From Nitrosomonas communis (GTDB lineage: Bacteria; Pseudomonadota; Gammaproteobacteria; Burkholderiales; Nitrosomonadaceae), in NCBI RefSeq assembly GCF_024102715.1, contig NZ_JAGFJM010000009.1:4041-68040 (forward strand): a stretch of DNA of 64,000 nucleotides, read 5' to 3'. Each line of letters starts with the position of its first letter. The stretch's first letter is position 1. Positions 1-11,475 of the stretch are shown one piece after another. A program made the position numbers and the translations under genes. The notes beneath the pieces are model-generated. The model was not told the DNA's origin and searched no databases. It saw only the letters and a list, made by a program, of their open reading frames with translations.

Positions 1-30
1 ATGACGTAACTCAAGCATATATTAATTATT

Positions 31-64
31 TTCATAATTATTGAAAAAACTTTCATTTGATTCA
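31..64. promoter_or_regulatory. Possible LysR/MetR-type operator upstream of metE
   Basis: AT-rich run of TTCA/TGAA half-sites: TTCA-N7-TGAA-N6-TTCA (31-55) plus TTCA at 61-64. The known MetR consensus is TGAA-N5-TTCA, so the spacing here is one base off. No metR gene is visible in the window. Confidence 0.3.
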
Positions 65-121
65 TAGTTTAGCATGCCACACAATGATTGCTCTCTCAAT
101 ACAATAAAACGAATAGCAATC

Positions 122-2395
122 ATGGCTTTGACACATAATCTGGGGTTCCCGCGGATAGGCGCACGCCGGGAGCTAAAACAGGCACTGGAAGCATATTGGC
201 GCCAAGACATCGATGTAAAACAGTTACAACATCAGGCAAAAGCCATTCGCGAACATCACTGGCTTGCGCAAAAGGAAATCGGCATTGATCTGATTCCCGT
301 CGGCGATTTTGCACTGTACGATCATGTGCTCAACATGACCGCACTGCTTGGCGCAATACCCGAGCGTTTCCATTCAAATCAAAATGAAACCATACTCGAT
401 ACGTATTTTGCCATGGCACGCGGTGCATCGCATCAGCCCGCAATGGAAATGACCAAGTGGTTTAATACCAACTACCACTACATTGTGCCGGAGTTCAACA
501 AACGCAGCCAATTTCAGATAACTTCAGAGCAGTTGTTTGACGAAATCGCCGAAGCCCAGACACTGGGAATTACACCCAAGGTGGTGCTGATTGGACCATT
601 GACCTACTTATTTCTGGGCAAGGAAACCGACGCAGATTTTAACCGCTTGGATTTACTACCCCGCTTGCTGCCTGTTTATCAAGAAATTCTGACTAGAGTC
701 GCATCGCTTGGCGTGCAATGGGTACAAATGGATGAGCCATTTTTGGCATATGATCCGACGGAAATCTGGTTAGAGAAGTTGAGCGAGGCTTACACAACGC
801 TGCAAGGAAGTGGCCCACGCGTGCTGCTGACAACCTATTTTGATGCCGTCGATAACCATGCGGCAAAGCTCAAAGCCTTGCCTGTTGCTGGCTTGCATCT
901 CGATCTATGCCGCGCACCCGATCAGCTCAACGCCTTTCTGACCGATTACCCCGTTGATAAAGTGCTGTCACTCGGCATCATCGATGGACGCAACGTATGG
1001 CGCGCCGATCTCTCCCAGGCATTGGCAACCTTGACCCAAGCACAAGCTATTTTAGGAGAACGATTGTGGATCGCACCAAGCTGCTCGTTATTGCACTGCC
1101 CCGTCGATCTTGAGCTGGAAACCCGGTTGGATGATGAAATCAGAAACTGGCTAGCTTTCTCGGTACAAAAACTCAACGAAGTTGCATTGCTTGGGCGTGG
1201 CCTGAACCAGGGAGAAGCCTCCATCCAAGCAGCATTGGAAGAAGCTGCTCATGCCAGGCAGTCAAGGCAGCAGTCTAGCCGCATACATAATCCGGTCGTG
1301 CAAGAGCGATTGCGCAGACTAACCCAGCGCGATTGCCAGCGTAACCATCCGTTTGCGCAGCGGCAGTCTTTGCAACGGCAGCATTTTCAATTACCACTAC
1401 TGCCAACCACCACCATTGGCTCGTTTCCGCAAACAACCGAGATTCGCAAAGCGCGAGCCGCTTTCAGAAAAGGACAGCTCAACCATTTGGACTATCTCAA
1501 AGCGATGCGTGCTGAAATTCAGAATGTCATCAAGCAACAGGAAGAAATCGGCCTCGACGTGCTGGTGCATGGCGAAGCCGAGCGCAACGATATGGTCGAG
1601 TATTTCGGAGAACAGCTATGGGGATACGTTTTTACCGAACATGGCTGGGTACAAAGCTACGGTTCACGTTGTGTCAAACCACCCATCCTCTATGGTGATA
1701 TTTACCGCCCAGAAGCGATGACAGTCAACTGGATCGGTTATGCCCAAAGCCTGACCAGCAAACCGGTCAAAGGCATGCTGACCGGTCCCGTCACCATGCT
1801 GATGTGGTCATTCGTGCGCGATGACCAACCTTATGCAGAGACTGCATTGCAGCTAGCCCTTGCCATCCGCGATGAAGTAAAAGATTTGGAGCAGGCAGGA
1901 ATTAGCATGATTCAGATCGATGAGCCTGCTTTCCGCGAGGGGCTTCCGCTGAAAAAATCAGCTTGGGCTGAATACCTGCAATGGGCGGTAAAGGCATTTC
2001 GCATTGCGAGTTCTGGCGTAAAAGATGAAACTCAGATTCATACTCATATGTGTTACTCGGAATTTAACGACATCTTGCCGGCAATTGCCGAAATGGACGC
2101 GGACGTCATTACCATTGAAACCTCGCGTTCACGCATGGAATTGCTGGATGCATTCGTACAGTTTGCTTATCCCAATGAAATCGGACCGGGTGTGTATGAC
2201 ATTCACTCTCCACGTGTCCCGGACACCAATGAGATGCTGGTATTGCTGGAAAAAGCGCTGCGCCACATCCAACCCCAGCAATTATGGATCAATCCAGACT
2301 GCGGCCTGAAAACACGAGGCTGGCCGGAAACACAAGCCGCATTGGAAAAAATGGTCAATGCCGCACGCATCCTGCGCGATAGGTTCGCTGTTTGA
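122..2395 (+). CDS. metE: Cobalamin-independent methionine synthase
   Basis: N-terminal [47 protein letters not shown], Zn ligands THMCYSEF and [11 protein letters not shown]. The ORF opens at 74; the ATG at 122 matches the usual N-terminus. Confidence 0.97.
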   Translation: MALTHNLGFPRIGARRELKQALEAYWRQDIDVKQLQHQAKAIREHHWLAQKEIGIDLIPVGDFALYDHVLNMTALLGAIPERFHSNQNETILDTYFAMARGASHQPAMEMTKWFNTNYHYIVPEFNKRSQFQITSEQLFDEIAEAQTLGITPKVVLIGPLTYLFLGKETDADFNRLDLLPRLLPVYQEILTRVASLGVQWVQMDEPFLAYDPTEIWLEKLSEAYTTLQGSGPRVLLTTYFDAVDNHAAKLKALPVAGLHLDLCRAPDQLNAFLTDYPVDKVLSLGIIDGRNVWRADLSQALATLTQAQAILGERLWIAPSCSLLHCPVDLELETRLDDEIRNWLAFSVQKLNEVALLGRGLNQGEASIQAALEEAAHARQSRQQSSRIHNPVVQERLRRLTQRDCQRNHPFAQRQSLQRQHFQLPLLPTTTIGSFPQTTEIRKARAAFRKGQLNHLDYLKAMRAEIQNVIKQQEEIGLDVLVHGEAERNDMVEYFGEQLWGYVFTEHGWVQSYGSRCVKPPILYGDIYRPEAMTVNWIGYAQSLTSKPVKGMLTGPVTMLMWSFVRDDQPYAETALQLALAIRDEVKDLEQAGISMIQIDEPAFREGLPLKKSAWAEYLQWAVKAFRIASSGVKDETQIHTHMCYSEFNDILPAIAEMDADVITIETSRSRMELLDAFVQFAYPNEIGPGVYDIHSPRVPDTNEMLVLLEKALRHIQPQQLWINPDCGLKTRGWPETQAALEKMVNAARILRDRFAV

Positions 2396-2736
2396 TCTTC
2401 ATCAGCGGCTGCCATATGCAGAGGGAAAAACATGCCGCAACTGACAACCCGCTGGGGCTTACACTCGACATGAATCAATAGCTGAAAACGAGTATTGATT
2501 GAACAAGCTTCTGAGTCGTTCTGCAGAAATAACAATGTTGCGACTCATTCCTCTTCAATCATCGAAATGAGCGAGCAGTCACTTTGCGTTAGGCATTATA
2601 ATTTGCCTCTACTAGAATTAATGGTTTGGAAACCTACGAATCAATCTTCAAATAACTTTATTTATAAGCAACTTTATTATGCTCTCTGGTAAACTAGGGA
2701 GCATAAGCAAGTCATTATTCAATCTTCAGCATTATC

Positions 2737-3156
2737 ATGGATGAACAATCAAGTCTGCTGGCGTTGTTTACCAGTAGTTTCCTGGCTGCTACTCTGCTTC
2801 CCGGCGGTTCGGAGGCGGTGCTTGTCGGTGTGCTCATGACTTATCCTGAGCTGTATGCAGCGGCCTTAGGCGTGGCAACAGTCGGCAACACGCTAGGAGG
2901 GTTGAGTTCTTATGTGATAGGTCGTCTTTTGCCAGATGAAAAAGCAATGCATAGCAAAATCGGCAGTAAATCCCGTGGACTGGAGTGGACGCGCCGTCAT
3001 GGCGCGCCGATACTCTTTCTTTCTTGGTTACCCTTGATCGGTGATGTACTGTGTGTCGCTGCAGGCTGGCTACGCATCCATTGGCTTGGAGCTGTTATCT
3101 TCATTGCTGCAGGGAAATTTACACGCTACTGGGTCATTGCCAGCGCAATCAGTTAG
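2737..3156 (+). CDS. yqaA: YqaA family (DedA/VTT-like) inner membrane protein
   Basis: FLAATLLPGGSE, GNTLGG, LSWLPLIGDVLCVAAGWLR and GKFTRY motifs; 139 aa, hydrophobic. Confidence 0.85.
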   Translation: MDEQSSLLALFTSSFLAATLLPGGSEAVLVGVLMTYPELYAAALGVATVGNTLGGLSSYVIGRLLPDEKAMHSKIGSKSRGLEWTRRHGAPILFLSWLPLIGDVLCVAAGWLRIHWLGAVIFIAAGKFTRYWVIASAIS

Positions 3157-3178
3157 CCCCCCTCTTAATCGCTGGGGG
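3157..3178. terminator. Possible terminator hairpin between convergent yqaA and grxD
   Basis: CCCCCC-TCTTAATCGCT-GGGGG immediately after the yqaA stop; no clear U-tract. Confidence 0.35.
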
Positions 3179-3200
3179 TAACTGACCATTATCTGCATTC

Positions 3201-3509
3201 TTATTTCTCTAATAATTTCTGCAGTTCTCCACTTTGATACATGTCAGTCATGATATCTGAGCCACCGATAAATTCACCGTTCACATAAAGCTGTGGAATA
3301 GTCGGCCAATTAGAATACTCTTTGATTCCCTGACGAATTTCCGGCTCAGCCAGCACATCAACCGTGAAAAAGTCTTGAACACCACATGCATTGAGTATCT
3401 TAACGGCATTGGCAGAAAACCCGCATTGCGGAAACTCGGGTGTACCTTTCATGTATAGCACTACCGAATGGGAATTGACTTGTTGCTCAATCAGTTCATT
3501 TACGTTCAC
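3201..3509 (-). CDS. grxD: Monothiol glutaredoxin (Grx4)
   Basis: PQCGFS active site, WPTIPQLYV, GGSD; AAGGAGG RBS upstream of a GTG start. Confidence 0.96.
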   Translation of the reverse strand: MNVNELIEQQVNSHSVVLYMKGTPEFPQCGFSANAVKILNACGVQDFFTVDVLAEPEIRQGIKEYSNWPTIPQLYVNGEFIGGSDIMTDMYQSGELQKLLEK

Positions 3510-3660
3510 GTCTTAATATCCTCCTTAAATGATTATCTTGAAAGTTAGTTCTGTTATTGGATAACGAAGCAACACTATGGTTCTCTTTCTTATCAGGAAT
3601 TATTGCGGTATCTCACGATAGAGTCAGTGGTCTCGGAAAGACACTCCTTAGTCATATTCT

Positions 3661-3702
3661 AGCAGCTAGCTTGTTGCTAGCAGCAGTTAGCTTGTTGCTA
3701 GC
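3661..3702. repeat. 21-bp tandem duplication spanning the prmC stop codon
   Basis: AGCAGCTAGCTTGTTGCTAGC (3661-3681) and AGCAGTTAGCTTGTTGCTAGC (3682-3702), one mismatch. Confidence 0.9.
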
Positions 3703-4532
3703 GGACGATCATAATGTTGCCCACCGCTCACGCGTAATATTCCCGCCAAATCTAGGTGAGAAAAAATGTTAATGAAATTGGATTCTGCCAGCAATTGCTG
3801 GCAAATAGCGGCTTGATCGTAACCATGCTCCAGCAACAACTCACCTCCTGACACAAGAAATTGGGGAGCGTTTGCGATGATCTGGCGGATACATGCCAAG
3901 CCATCACCAACTGCTGTCAACGCCAGACGCGGCTCAAAGCGTAAATCACCCTGCTCCAGATGCGGATCTCCATCGGCCACATAAGGGGGATTGGAAACGA
4001 TCAGATCGAATTTTTCCTGATCAAGTCCATCGAACCAGCTTCCTGCAAGCATCCGTACATTATCTACCTTCAGTTTTTCTGCATTCAACCGGGCGACTGC
4101 CAAGGCATCTGGTGAGAGATCGACTGCGGTAACATGCGCAAGCGGCCGGTGCTTCGCGATCGTGAGCGCGATTGCGCCACTTCCAGTACCCAAATCGAGA
4201 ATGTTGCACGCTTGATTCACTGGAATGCGTGATAAGGCAAGCTCTACCAGTAATTCTGTTTCCGGTCGCGGAATCAGCACGGCAGGCGTGACTTTAAACG
4301 TCAAATCATAGAATTCGCGTTCACCGATAAGATAGGCGATCGGCTCCCCTGCAATCCGCCTTGCGACCAGTAACTGGAAAGAATCAGCTTGCTCGTGATT
4401 CAGTACAAAGTCTGAGTAAGCAGTAAGAAAGACGGTATTTATATTTAGCACATACTGCAGCAGCAAACGCGCCTCTATGTCATCTATCTGACAACGCGCG
4501 CCTTGCAGTGCACGTGCAATGGTAAGCTGCAT
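3687..4532 (-). CDS. prmC: Release factor glutamine methyltransferase
   Basis: GEPIAYLIG, VLIPRPETE, LDLGTGSG, NPPY, LEHG. The ORF extends to a TTG at 4541; ATG 4532 preferred. Confidence 0.97.
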   Translation of the reverse strand: MQLTIARALQGARCQIDDIEARLLLQYVLNINTVFLTAYSDFVLNHEQADSFQLLVARRIAGEPIAYLIGEREFYDLTFKVTPAVLIPRPETELLVELALSRIPVNQACNILDLGTGSGAIALTIAKHRPLAHVTAVDLSPDALAVARLNAEKLKVDNVRMLAGSWFDGLDQEKFDLIVSNPPYVADGDPHLEQGDLRFEPRLALTAVGDGLACIRQIIANAPQFLVSGGELLLEHGYDQAAICQQLLAESNFINIFSHLDLAGILRVSGGQHYDRPLATS

Positions 4533-4572
4533 ATTGCACAACCACTATGAAGCGGTTATTCCCTTCTATTCG

Positions 4573-5652
4573 TCACTTTTCCATCAAGGATGCGAGTTGT
4601 TCTGCTTGATGTTCTGCCATTAGTGCCGAACAAAGCTCATCGATATCTCCATCCATGATTTGATCCATCTTGTACAGCGTGAGATTGATACGGTGATCTG
4701 TTACCCGTCCTTGTGGAAAGTTATAGGTGCGGATCCGCTCCGAGCGCTCTCCGGTTCCCACCAGTGATTTGCGTGTTGCCGCTTGTTCTGCCTGCTGCTC
4801 ACGCATTTGCTTATCAAGAATCCGGGCAGCCAATACGCTCATTGCTTGTGCCTTGTTCTTATGTTGAGAACGGCCCTCCTGGCATTCGACCACGATGCCT
4901 GTTGGCAAATGGGTAATGCGTACAGCCGAATCCGTTTTATTGATATGCTGGCCACCTGCACCGGATGCTCGGAACGTATCGATTCTCAAATCAGCAGGAT
5001 TCAGCTCAACCCCGGTAATTTCATCTGCCTCTGGAATAACTGCCACGGTACAGGTCGAAGTATGTACTCTTCCCTGGGTTTCTGTCACAGGCACCCGTTG
5101 CACGCGATGGCCACCCGATTCAAACTTGAGCCGGGAATAAGCACCATAGCCGATAATCCTGGCGATGATTTCCTTGTATCCACCTACATCAGACGGGCTT
5201 TGCGAAATGATCTCGACTTGCCAGCGCTGGCGCTCAGCGAAGCGCGTATACATACGAAACAGGTTCCCTGCAAACAAAGCAGATTCATCCCCTCCTGTGC
5301 CAGCACGGATCTCTAAAAAAATATTGCGCTCGTCACTAGGATCTTTGGGCAATAACTGCTTCAGTAGTTCGGTTTCAATTTTCTGAAGTTTTTCTTTCCC
5401 TGTCACAATTTCAGCATCAGCAAAATCACGCATTTGAGGATCTGCACTCATCTCGCGCGCGGTTTGAATATCCAGCTCGGTCTGATGATGGGCCTGATAT
5501 AGCTCGACTACTGGTACAATCTCGGCACGCTCGCGCGTAAGTTTGCGATAATTATCCAGATCAGCCGTGATCTTCTCGCTACTTAATAGCTGATTCAATT
5601 CCTCCAGCCGCACACTCAAACGAGTGAGCCGGTCTGTAATACTTTTATTCAT
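4573..5652 (-). CDS. prfA: Peptide chain release factor 1
   Basis: GGQ motif ([15 protein letters not shown]), RF1 PxT motif in [18 protein letters not shown]; located in hemA-prfA-prmC. Confidence 0.98.
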   Translation of the reverse strand: MNKSITDRLTRLSVRLEELNQLLSSEKITADLDNYRKLTRERAEIVPVVELYQAHHQTELDIQTAREMSADPQMRDFADAEIVTGKEKLQKIETELLKQLLPKDPSDERNIFLEIRAGTGGDESALFAGNLFRMYTRFAERQRWQVEIISQSPSDVGGYKEIIARIIGYGAYSRLKFESGGHRVQRVPVTETQGRVHTSTCTVAVIPEADEITGVELNPADLRIDTFRASGAGGQHINKTDSAVRITHLPTGIVVECQEGRSQHKNKAQAMSVLAARILDKQMREQQAEQAATRKSLVGTGERSERIRTYNFPQGRVTDHRINLTLYKMDQIMDGDIDELCSALMAEHQAEQLASLMEK

Positions 5653-6902
5653 TGTGGGTAGTGTAGTTGATATAACCGATTGATCAGCTCGACCAGCTTA
5701 TCCCGCTCATCATCGGCGGCATGATTCAGTATACTGGAAGGAAGGTGTAAAAATTTATTGGTCAGCCCATTACTGAGCAATTCGAGTATTTTCTCTGGAT
5801 CTTCGCCTTTAGCCAACAGCTTCTGAGCACGCGCCAGCTCATGCCTGCGAAACCGGTCGGCCTGATCGCGTAATGCCCTGATGGTCGGAACCACTTCACG
5901 CGTTGCCAACCAACGCATAAAATCGATCACATTAGATTCAATAATGGTCTCAGCTTGCGCCACCGCACTGAGACGTGAATCCAGTCCCTCCTTAACGATA
6001 TCCGCCAGATCATCCACATAATAAAGAAAAACATCGTCCAGCTCTGCAACTTCCAGCTCGACATCCCGGGGTACAGCCAGATCGACAATAAAAATAGGCC
6101 GATGTTTGCGGATCTTGATAGCGCGCTCCATCATTCCTTTACCCAGAATCGGCAGTGGGCTCGCGGTACAGGTAATCACAATATCGTGCAAGGCTAGTTG
6201 CTCGGGTAATTCACTGAGTGGAATAGGTCGCGCATTAAAGCGCCGCGATAAAACCTCGGCCCGTTCAACCGTGCGATTGGCAACCGTAATCCGTTTAGGA
6301 CGCCTGGCAGCAAAGTGGCTGGCACAAAGCTCGATCATCTCTCCCGCACCAATAAACAGTACATTCTGTTCACTGATATCACCAAATATCCGTTCCGCCA
6401 GGCGAGCCGCCGCCGCCGCCATTGATACGGAGCATGCACCGATTTCAGTAGACGTCCGCACCTCCTTTGCTACAAAAAAAGTACGTTGAAACAGCTTATG
6501 CAGCAACAAACCTAGCGTACCTGCATTCTCCGCTGATTTGATCGCGTTTTTCATCTGACCGAGTATCTGTGGTTCGCCCAGCACCATGGAATCCAGTCCA
6601 CTGGCAACCCGGAAAGCATGCTTAACTGCCTGCTCACGGGGTAATTGATAAAGAAAAGGATCTAACTCACGTGCAGGTAAGCGATGAAAATCTGTGAGCC
6701 AGTGAATAGCCGCATCAGGTTTTTCAGTGCTACAGTATATTTCGGTACGATTACAAGTTGAAACGATCGCTGCTTCTTTAACTGCATGATGTCCCACCAG
6801 ATCATGCAAGGCATGTTCCATTGTATCTTCTGAAAATGTAACCTGCTCACGGATGCTGAGCGGCGCCGTATTATGATTGATACCAAAAGCAAATAGCTGC
6901 AT
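5649..6902 (-). CDS. hemA: Glutamyl-tRNA reductase
   Basis: [38 protein letters not shown]; ATGA overlap with prfA. Confidence 0.98.
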   Translation of the reverse strand: MQLFAFGINHNTAPLSIREQVTFSEDTMEHALHDLVGHHAVKEAAIVSTCNRTEIYCSTEKPDAAIHWLTDFHRLPARELDPFLYQLPREQAVKHAFRVASGLDSMVLGEPQILGQMKNAIKSAENAGTLGLLLHKLFQRTFFVAKEVRTSTEIGACSVSMAAAAARLAERIFGDISEQNVLFIGAGEMIELCASHFAARRPKRITVANRTVERAEVLSRRFNARPIPLSELPEQLALHDIVITCTASPLPILGKGMMERAIKIRKHRPIFIVDLAVPRDVELEVAELDDVFLYYVDDLADIVKEGLDSRLSAVAQAETIIESNVIDFMRWLATREVVPTIRALRDQADRFRRHELARAQKLLAKGEDPEKILELLSNGLTNKFLHLPSSILNHAADDERDKLVELINRLYQLHYPQ

Positions 6903-7028
6903 GAGAGATGATCTTTAAATGGCTAAAAATCGGAAAAGCGTAATTATAGCGAAAGTTTAAGCACCATCAACGAAACGAATATACTTGTCATACATTACTC
7001 CTTCCTACCTAAGCTCGAAATAATCAGA

Positions 7029-7520
7029 CTAACGCCACGACATAATCGGAATGGTTGAGATACTGTTTTTAGGCGATCCCTCAATGATTCTATCGCTATA
7101 GGCCAGATAAACCAGCACATTGCGTTTTGGGTCGTAAAAACGTACCACCTGCAATGTTTTAAAGAGTAATGAGGTACTTTTCTTGAATACCTCCTTGCCA
7201 TCTCTCTGACCATTCTTTATATTTTCTGGCAGCTCTATCGGACCCACCTGACGACAGGCTATGGACGCATCAGCCGTGTCCTCAGCGACTCCTACCGTAC
7301 CACTAATGCCACCTGTTTTTGCCCGGCTGAGATAGCAGGTAGCGCCAGCAATCTCCGGATCATCAAATGCTTCAATGACAATTTTATCATTAGCACCCAG
7401 TATCTTGAATTTGGTGGACACACTGCCGATCTGCTCAGCCGCTAAAGGCGAAGCAAACAGCAGTAGTAAAATAAATATAGAAAATCTGGTTTGTTTTAAA
7501 ATAGTTAAGAGACAACTCAT
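7029..7520 (-). CDS. creA: CreA family protein
   Basis: [50 protein letters not shown] before ATG 7520; the ORF extends to 7595. Confidence 0.9.
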   Translation of the reverse strand: MSCLLTILKQTRFSIFILLLLFASPLAAEQIGSVSTKFKILGANDKIVIEAFDDPEIAGATCYLSRAKTGGISGTVGVAEDTADASIACRQVGPIELPENIKNGQRDGKEVFKKSTSLLFKTLQVVRFYDPKRNVLVYLAYSDRIIEGSPKNSISTIPIMSWR

Positions 7521-8419
7521 TGCACGACCCTCCATTTTCATCATGCTCTCATCACGACTCAGTTGAGCTTTTAATCCAACATCTACTTGCAGCATTAGAT
7601 GACAGAAAGCAGTAAATGTTTAGTCATACCTATTGACAACCAATACAGCTGCATTGCTCACTCAAAGCATTGCCAAATTCACCTCTCCACTCCCGGGCAA
7701 GCTCAGACAAGAGTATCCATATGAATGGACAGGAATTTTAGCGCGCATCTCCTGACGATAAAAGTGTTTTGTGAAGTTAATCACTCTAATACGCAATATT
7801 ATGAAAAATATCACTTTCTTATTCCACTGCAGAATTGATCCAGACTTGCGCTAGCTCAGCAATAAATCGAATAGCTCGAGCCAATTTGCTTATTTATTAT
7901 AGATAAAGCAATAGAGCAGAAAAATAATCCGAACCTAAACTTTACAGCAAAGCATTTGTCTTGAGTAATGATAAAAAAAATATATCAATCTATGCTTATG
8001 TACGTGTACGCTCGTGCTGTAAGCAGAAAAACGAAGTGGCGCAAGGTAAGTAAACTATAATGAGCAAGGAATTGCCATTTAACACTACGGGATTGAATCT
8101 GAGCATATCATTCTAAAAACAAGGATTGCGTGTCATGCAGCACAACAAGGCAGGCGCAGTGCGTGCGTACTTTTTCTGATCTCTCAATCTTTATACTAGT
8201 CGCGCTGGATTTAGTCTTTTTTCTGTTTTGTATTGCTATTACAGCACGCAGAAACAAAGCGATTGCTCTGATATTTATAAAAAATTATATTTAATAATCA
8301 TATTGTTAAACATGATAGCATGTATAATCAATTTAACTCGATTAATGAATGAAATTCTGGCGATCTTTGCGTCAAGGATTCTTGTCAAATTCCTCGATCT
8401 CGTCTGAAAGGATCATTCC

Positions 8420-10276
8420 GTGAACGTTTTTTATGAAGAATCTGGTATTTTTAAGGTTGGCGCTATTCTTGCTGACAATACGACTTCCTTGCAAGTAGAA
8501 GCATCGCACGGCAAGCGCTCTAAAATCAAGGCTTCATCGGTGCTATTACGGTTTGAAGCGCCGCCCTTGTACGAATTTATGCATCAGGCACAGCAAGTTG
8601 CCGCCAATCTGGATACTGATTTCCTCTGGGAATATTGCGCAAATAGCGAAGAATTCTCGAGCTATACTTTAGCCACCGATTACTTTGGGCACTCACCTAG
8701 CCCGGTCGAGGTGGCGGCAATCATGATCCTGCTGAACAGCGCCCCCATGTATTTCTACAGAAAAGGACAAGGGCGTTATAAAGCTGCTCCGGCTGAAGCA
8801 TTACGAGCAGCACTTGCCAGTCAAGAAAAAAAACGGCTGGAAGCAGAGCAACAGGCTCGTTATAAGCAGCAGTTGAGCACCTACGTGCTACCTGAGGAAT
8901 TCAGACCACGATTGGACGAGTTGCTATATAAACCAAACAAAAACACCATAGAATGGAAAGCGCTTGATTCCGTCTGCATTGCAACCAAGCTCAGCGTTCC
9001 CAAATTATTAGCAAAATGTGGCGCTATACCCTCTACACACGATTATCACTTTAATCAATTTCTGCGAGAGCATTTTCCTGAGGGAACCACCTTTAACCTA
9101 CACGAGACGGATTGTGTATTTAACGATCCTGAAAATTTGCCGATAGCTAACGTGGCAGCATTTAGTATTGACGATGCCACCACTACTGAAATTGACGATG
9201 CTTTCTCAGTCACACCGCTTGCCCTGGGAAGCTTCCGTATTGGCATCCATATCGCTGTACCGGCCTTGGGTATTACGCCTGGCTCACTTTTAGATAAAGC
9301 TGCTGCAAAACGCCTTTCGACTGTCTATTTGCCTGGTAGAAAAATTACCATGCTTCCTGAGAAAACGATTCACTTCTATACTCTCAGCGAGACACGATTG
9401 TGTCCGGCAGTTTCACTCTATCTGGATGTAGCCGACGATTTTACTGTTACAACTTGCCAAAGCCGCTTAGAAAAAATCAAAATCGTCGCCAACTTGCGTC
9501 ACGATACCTTGGAACAACAGTTCAATGAGGATACGCTGAGAAAAAATCTCACAAATTACTCTTTTGCCCATGAATTGTATTTACTGTGGAATTTTTCCCG
9601 CAAAATGGAAATACTGCGTGGCAAGGAAAATGACATCAACAATGAAAAAATTGATTATAACTTCGTCGTCGAGCAAGATCACATCACCATTCAGGAACGT
9701 CGGCGCGGTTCACCGATCGATAGAGTCGTCTCTGAATTAATGATTTATGCAAACACCGAATGGGGCAAGCAGCTTGCTGATGCTGGCGTTGCGGGAATTT
9801 ATCGTAGCCAGAATGGGGGCAAAGTAAAAATGAGTCTTTCTCCAGCGCCCCATCAAGGCTTAGGTGTCGCGCAATATGCCTGGAGCACGTCGCCGATGCG
9901 CCGTTACGTAGACTTAATCAACCAGCGGCAGCTGATCGCATTACTGATGGATACAGCACCGCCTTATTCTAAAGACAGCGATGAATTGTTGATATCGATG
10001 CGGGATTTCGAACAGGTTTATAGCGTATATAGCGATTTCCAGCGCGCCATGGAACGCTATTGGTGTCTACGCTGGCTACTACAGGAAAACATTCAAATAA
10101 CCAGCGCGCAAGTCATCAAAGAAAATTTGGTAAAGCTTGATCGCATCCCTTTGATCGTGCGCGTACCCTCATTACCAGATATTTTACCGGGCACACTTGT
10201 TAAGCTAGAAATATCCCAAATTGATTTAATTGAATGCACCTTGAACGCACGATTCCTTCATAAGGAACAAGCTTGA
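8420..10276 (+). CDS. RNB-domain exoribonuclease (RNase II/R family, betaproteobacterial type)
   Basis: Catalytic SIDDATTTEIDDAFS, VSELMI, HQGLG, STSPMRRYVDL. Confidence 0.92.
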   Translation: MNVFYEESGIFKVGAILADNTTSLQVEASHGKRSKIKASSVLLRFEAPPLYEFMHQAQQVAANLDTDFLWEYCANSEEFSSYTLATDYFGHSPSPVEVAAIMILLNSAPMYFYRKGQGRYKAAPAEALRAALASQEKKRLEAEQQARYKQQLSTYVLPEEFRPRLDELLYKPNKNTIEWKALDSVCIATKLSVPKLLAKCGAIPSTHDYHFNQFLREHFPEGTTFNLHETDCVFNDPENLPIANVAAFSIDDATTTEIDDAFSVTPLALGSFRIGIHIAVPALGITPGSLLDKAAAKRLSTVYLPGRKITMLPEKTIHFYTLSETRLCPAVSLYLDVADDFTVTTCQSRLEKIKIVANLRHDTLEQQFNEDTLRKNLTNYSFAHELYLLWNFSRKMEILRGKENDINNEKIDYNFVVEQDHITIQERRRGSPIDRVVSELMIYANTEWGKQLADAGVAGIYRSQNGGKVKMSLSPAPHQGLGVAQYAWSTSPMRRYVDLINQRQLIALLMDTAPPYSKDSDELLISMRDFEQVYSVYSDFQRAMERYWCLRWLLQENIQITSAQVIKENLVKLDRIPLIVRVPSLPDILPGTLVKLEISQIDLIECTLNARFLHKEQA

Positions 10277-10461
10277 AAATATATTTTTCGATTATGAAAT
10301 ACACTTCATCAATCACCCATTGTTCCCCCTTCAGAATAAGTGAAAATGAAACTCCGCTAAAATTTGCAGCGAATATCTTAAATGTATCCAACTATCGGAA
10401 TATTGCGCAGCAAGCGCTTATTTGATCTGGTTAAGTTTAGCTATCTGTTACTCGCGTTACG

Positions 10462-11394
10462 ATGTTAAATTACAGCCTTACGATGCCACCTCCTTGGTCA
10501 TCTTATCAGCCCAAACGTTTCTACATCGCAGTTCTGATCTCACTGCTCCTGCACGCCATCATCCTCTTGGGCGTCACTTTCAAGCTACCGGAACCTCCTT
10601 CCAAACATACCGCGAAATCACTGGAAGTTGTTCTGGTTAACAGCAAATCTGAGCAAAAACCCATCGATACCAATATATTGGCACAAACTAATCTGGAAGG
10701 AGGCGGTAACATTGATGATGACCGGCATGCTAAATCGCCGCTTCCGGTATTACCACAAACCAAACCATTAGTTGATCTTGCTCAAGCAACCCAAAAAACA
10801 AAACAACTGGAAGATGAAGTCAAGAAACTTATAACTGCCGCCAAAAGTAAACCACGCGTTGTCCAACCCGCTCCTCAACCAGAACAATCTGAAAACGGGC
10901 CCACATCGCCCAAACCTGCTGAGCCCGAACCTGCGTCTCCTTTAGATAGCACAGACTTATTACAACGCAGTCTTGAAATCGCTCGCTTGGAAGCTCAAAT
11001 TGCCAAAGAATACGAAGAATATCAGAAGCGGCCCAAGCGCAGGTTTATCGGCGCACGCACAAAAGAATATCGTTTCGCTCGCTATGTGGAAGACTGGCGG
11101 CTCAAAGTCGAACGTATCGGCAATCTGAACTATCCGGAAGAAGCCAGAAAGCAGAAGCTTTATGGCAGTCTGCAGCTGACTGTTGGCATACGATCCGATG
11201 GTAGTCTTGAGTCCATCGGTATCGATCGTTCCTCAGGAACAAAGATTCTCGATGATGCAGCCATACGTATCGTCAGACTAGCGGCACAAAACGGTTTTGC
11301 GCCCTTTCCACCTGAGATAAGTCGTGACACGGATATTTTGCACATTACCCGTACCTGGGTATTTGCACGTTCAGAAAAATTGCTCAGCGAATAA
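10462..11394 (+). CDS. TonB family energy transducer
   Basis: N-terminal TM ending SLLLH, Pro-rich linker, C-terminal YPEEARKQKLYG and SSGTKILDDAA domain. Confidence 0.85.
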   Translation: MLNYSLTMPPPWSSYQPKRFYIAVLISLLLHAIILLGVTFKLPEPPSKHTAKSLEVVLVNSKSEQKPIDTNILAQTNLEGGGNIDDDRHAKSPLPVLPQTKPLVDLAQATQKTKQLEDEVKKLITAAKSKPRVVQPAPQPEQSENGPTSPKPAEPEPASPLDSTDLLQRSLEIARLEAQIAKEYEEYQKRPKRRFIGARTKEYRFARYVEDWRLKVERIGNLNYPEEARKQKLYGSLQLTVGIRSDGSLESIGIDRSSGTKILDDAAIRIVRLAAQNGFAPFPPEISRDTDILHITRTWVFARSEKLLSE

Positions 11395-11475
11395 TCTCTA
11401 AATTACAGCAACTCATTGACTTGACCGCCATCCAGCGTTTTATTCTCCAACCTATTTTACAAACGAGCTTATCTT

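Noticed and set aside
3557-3772. 71-aa hydrophobic ORF on the + strand
   Set aside because: Its LLAA-like repeat is just the 21-bp duplication read antisense to prmC; no RBS or family motif.
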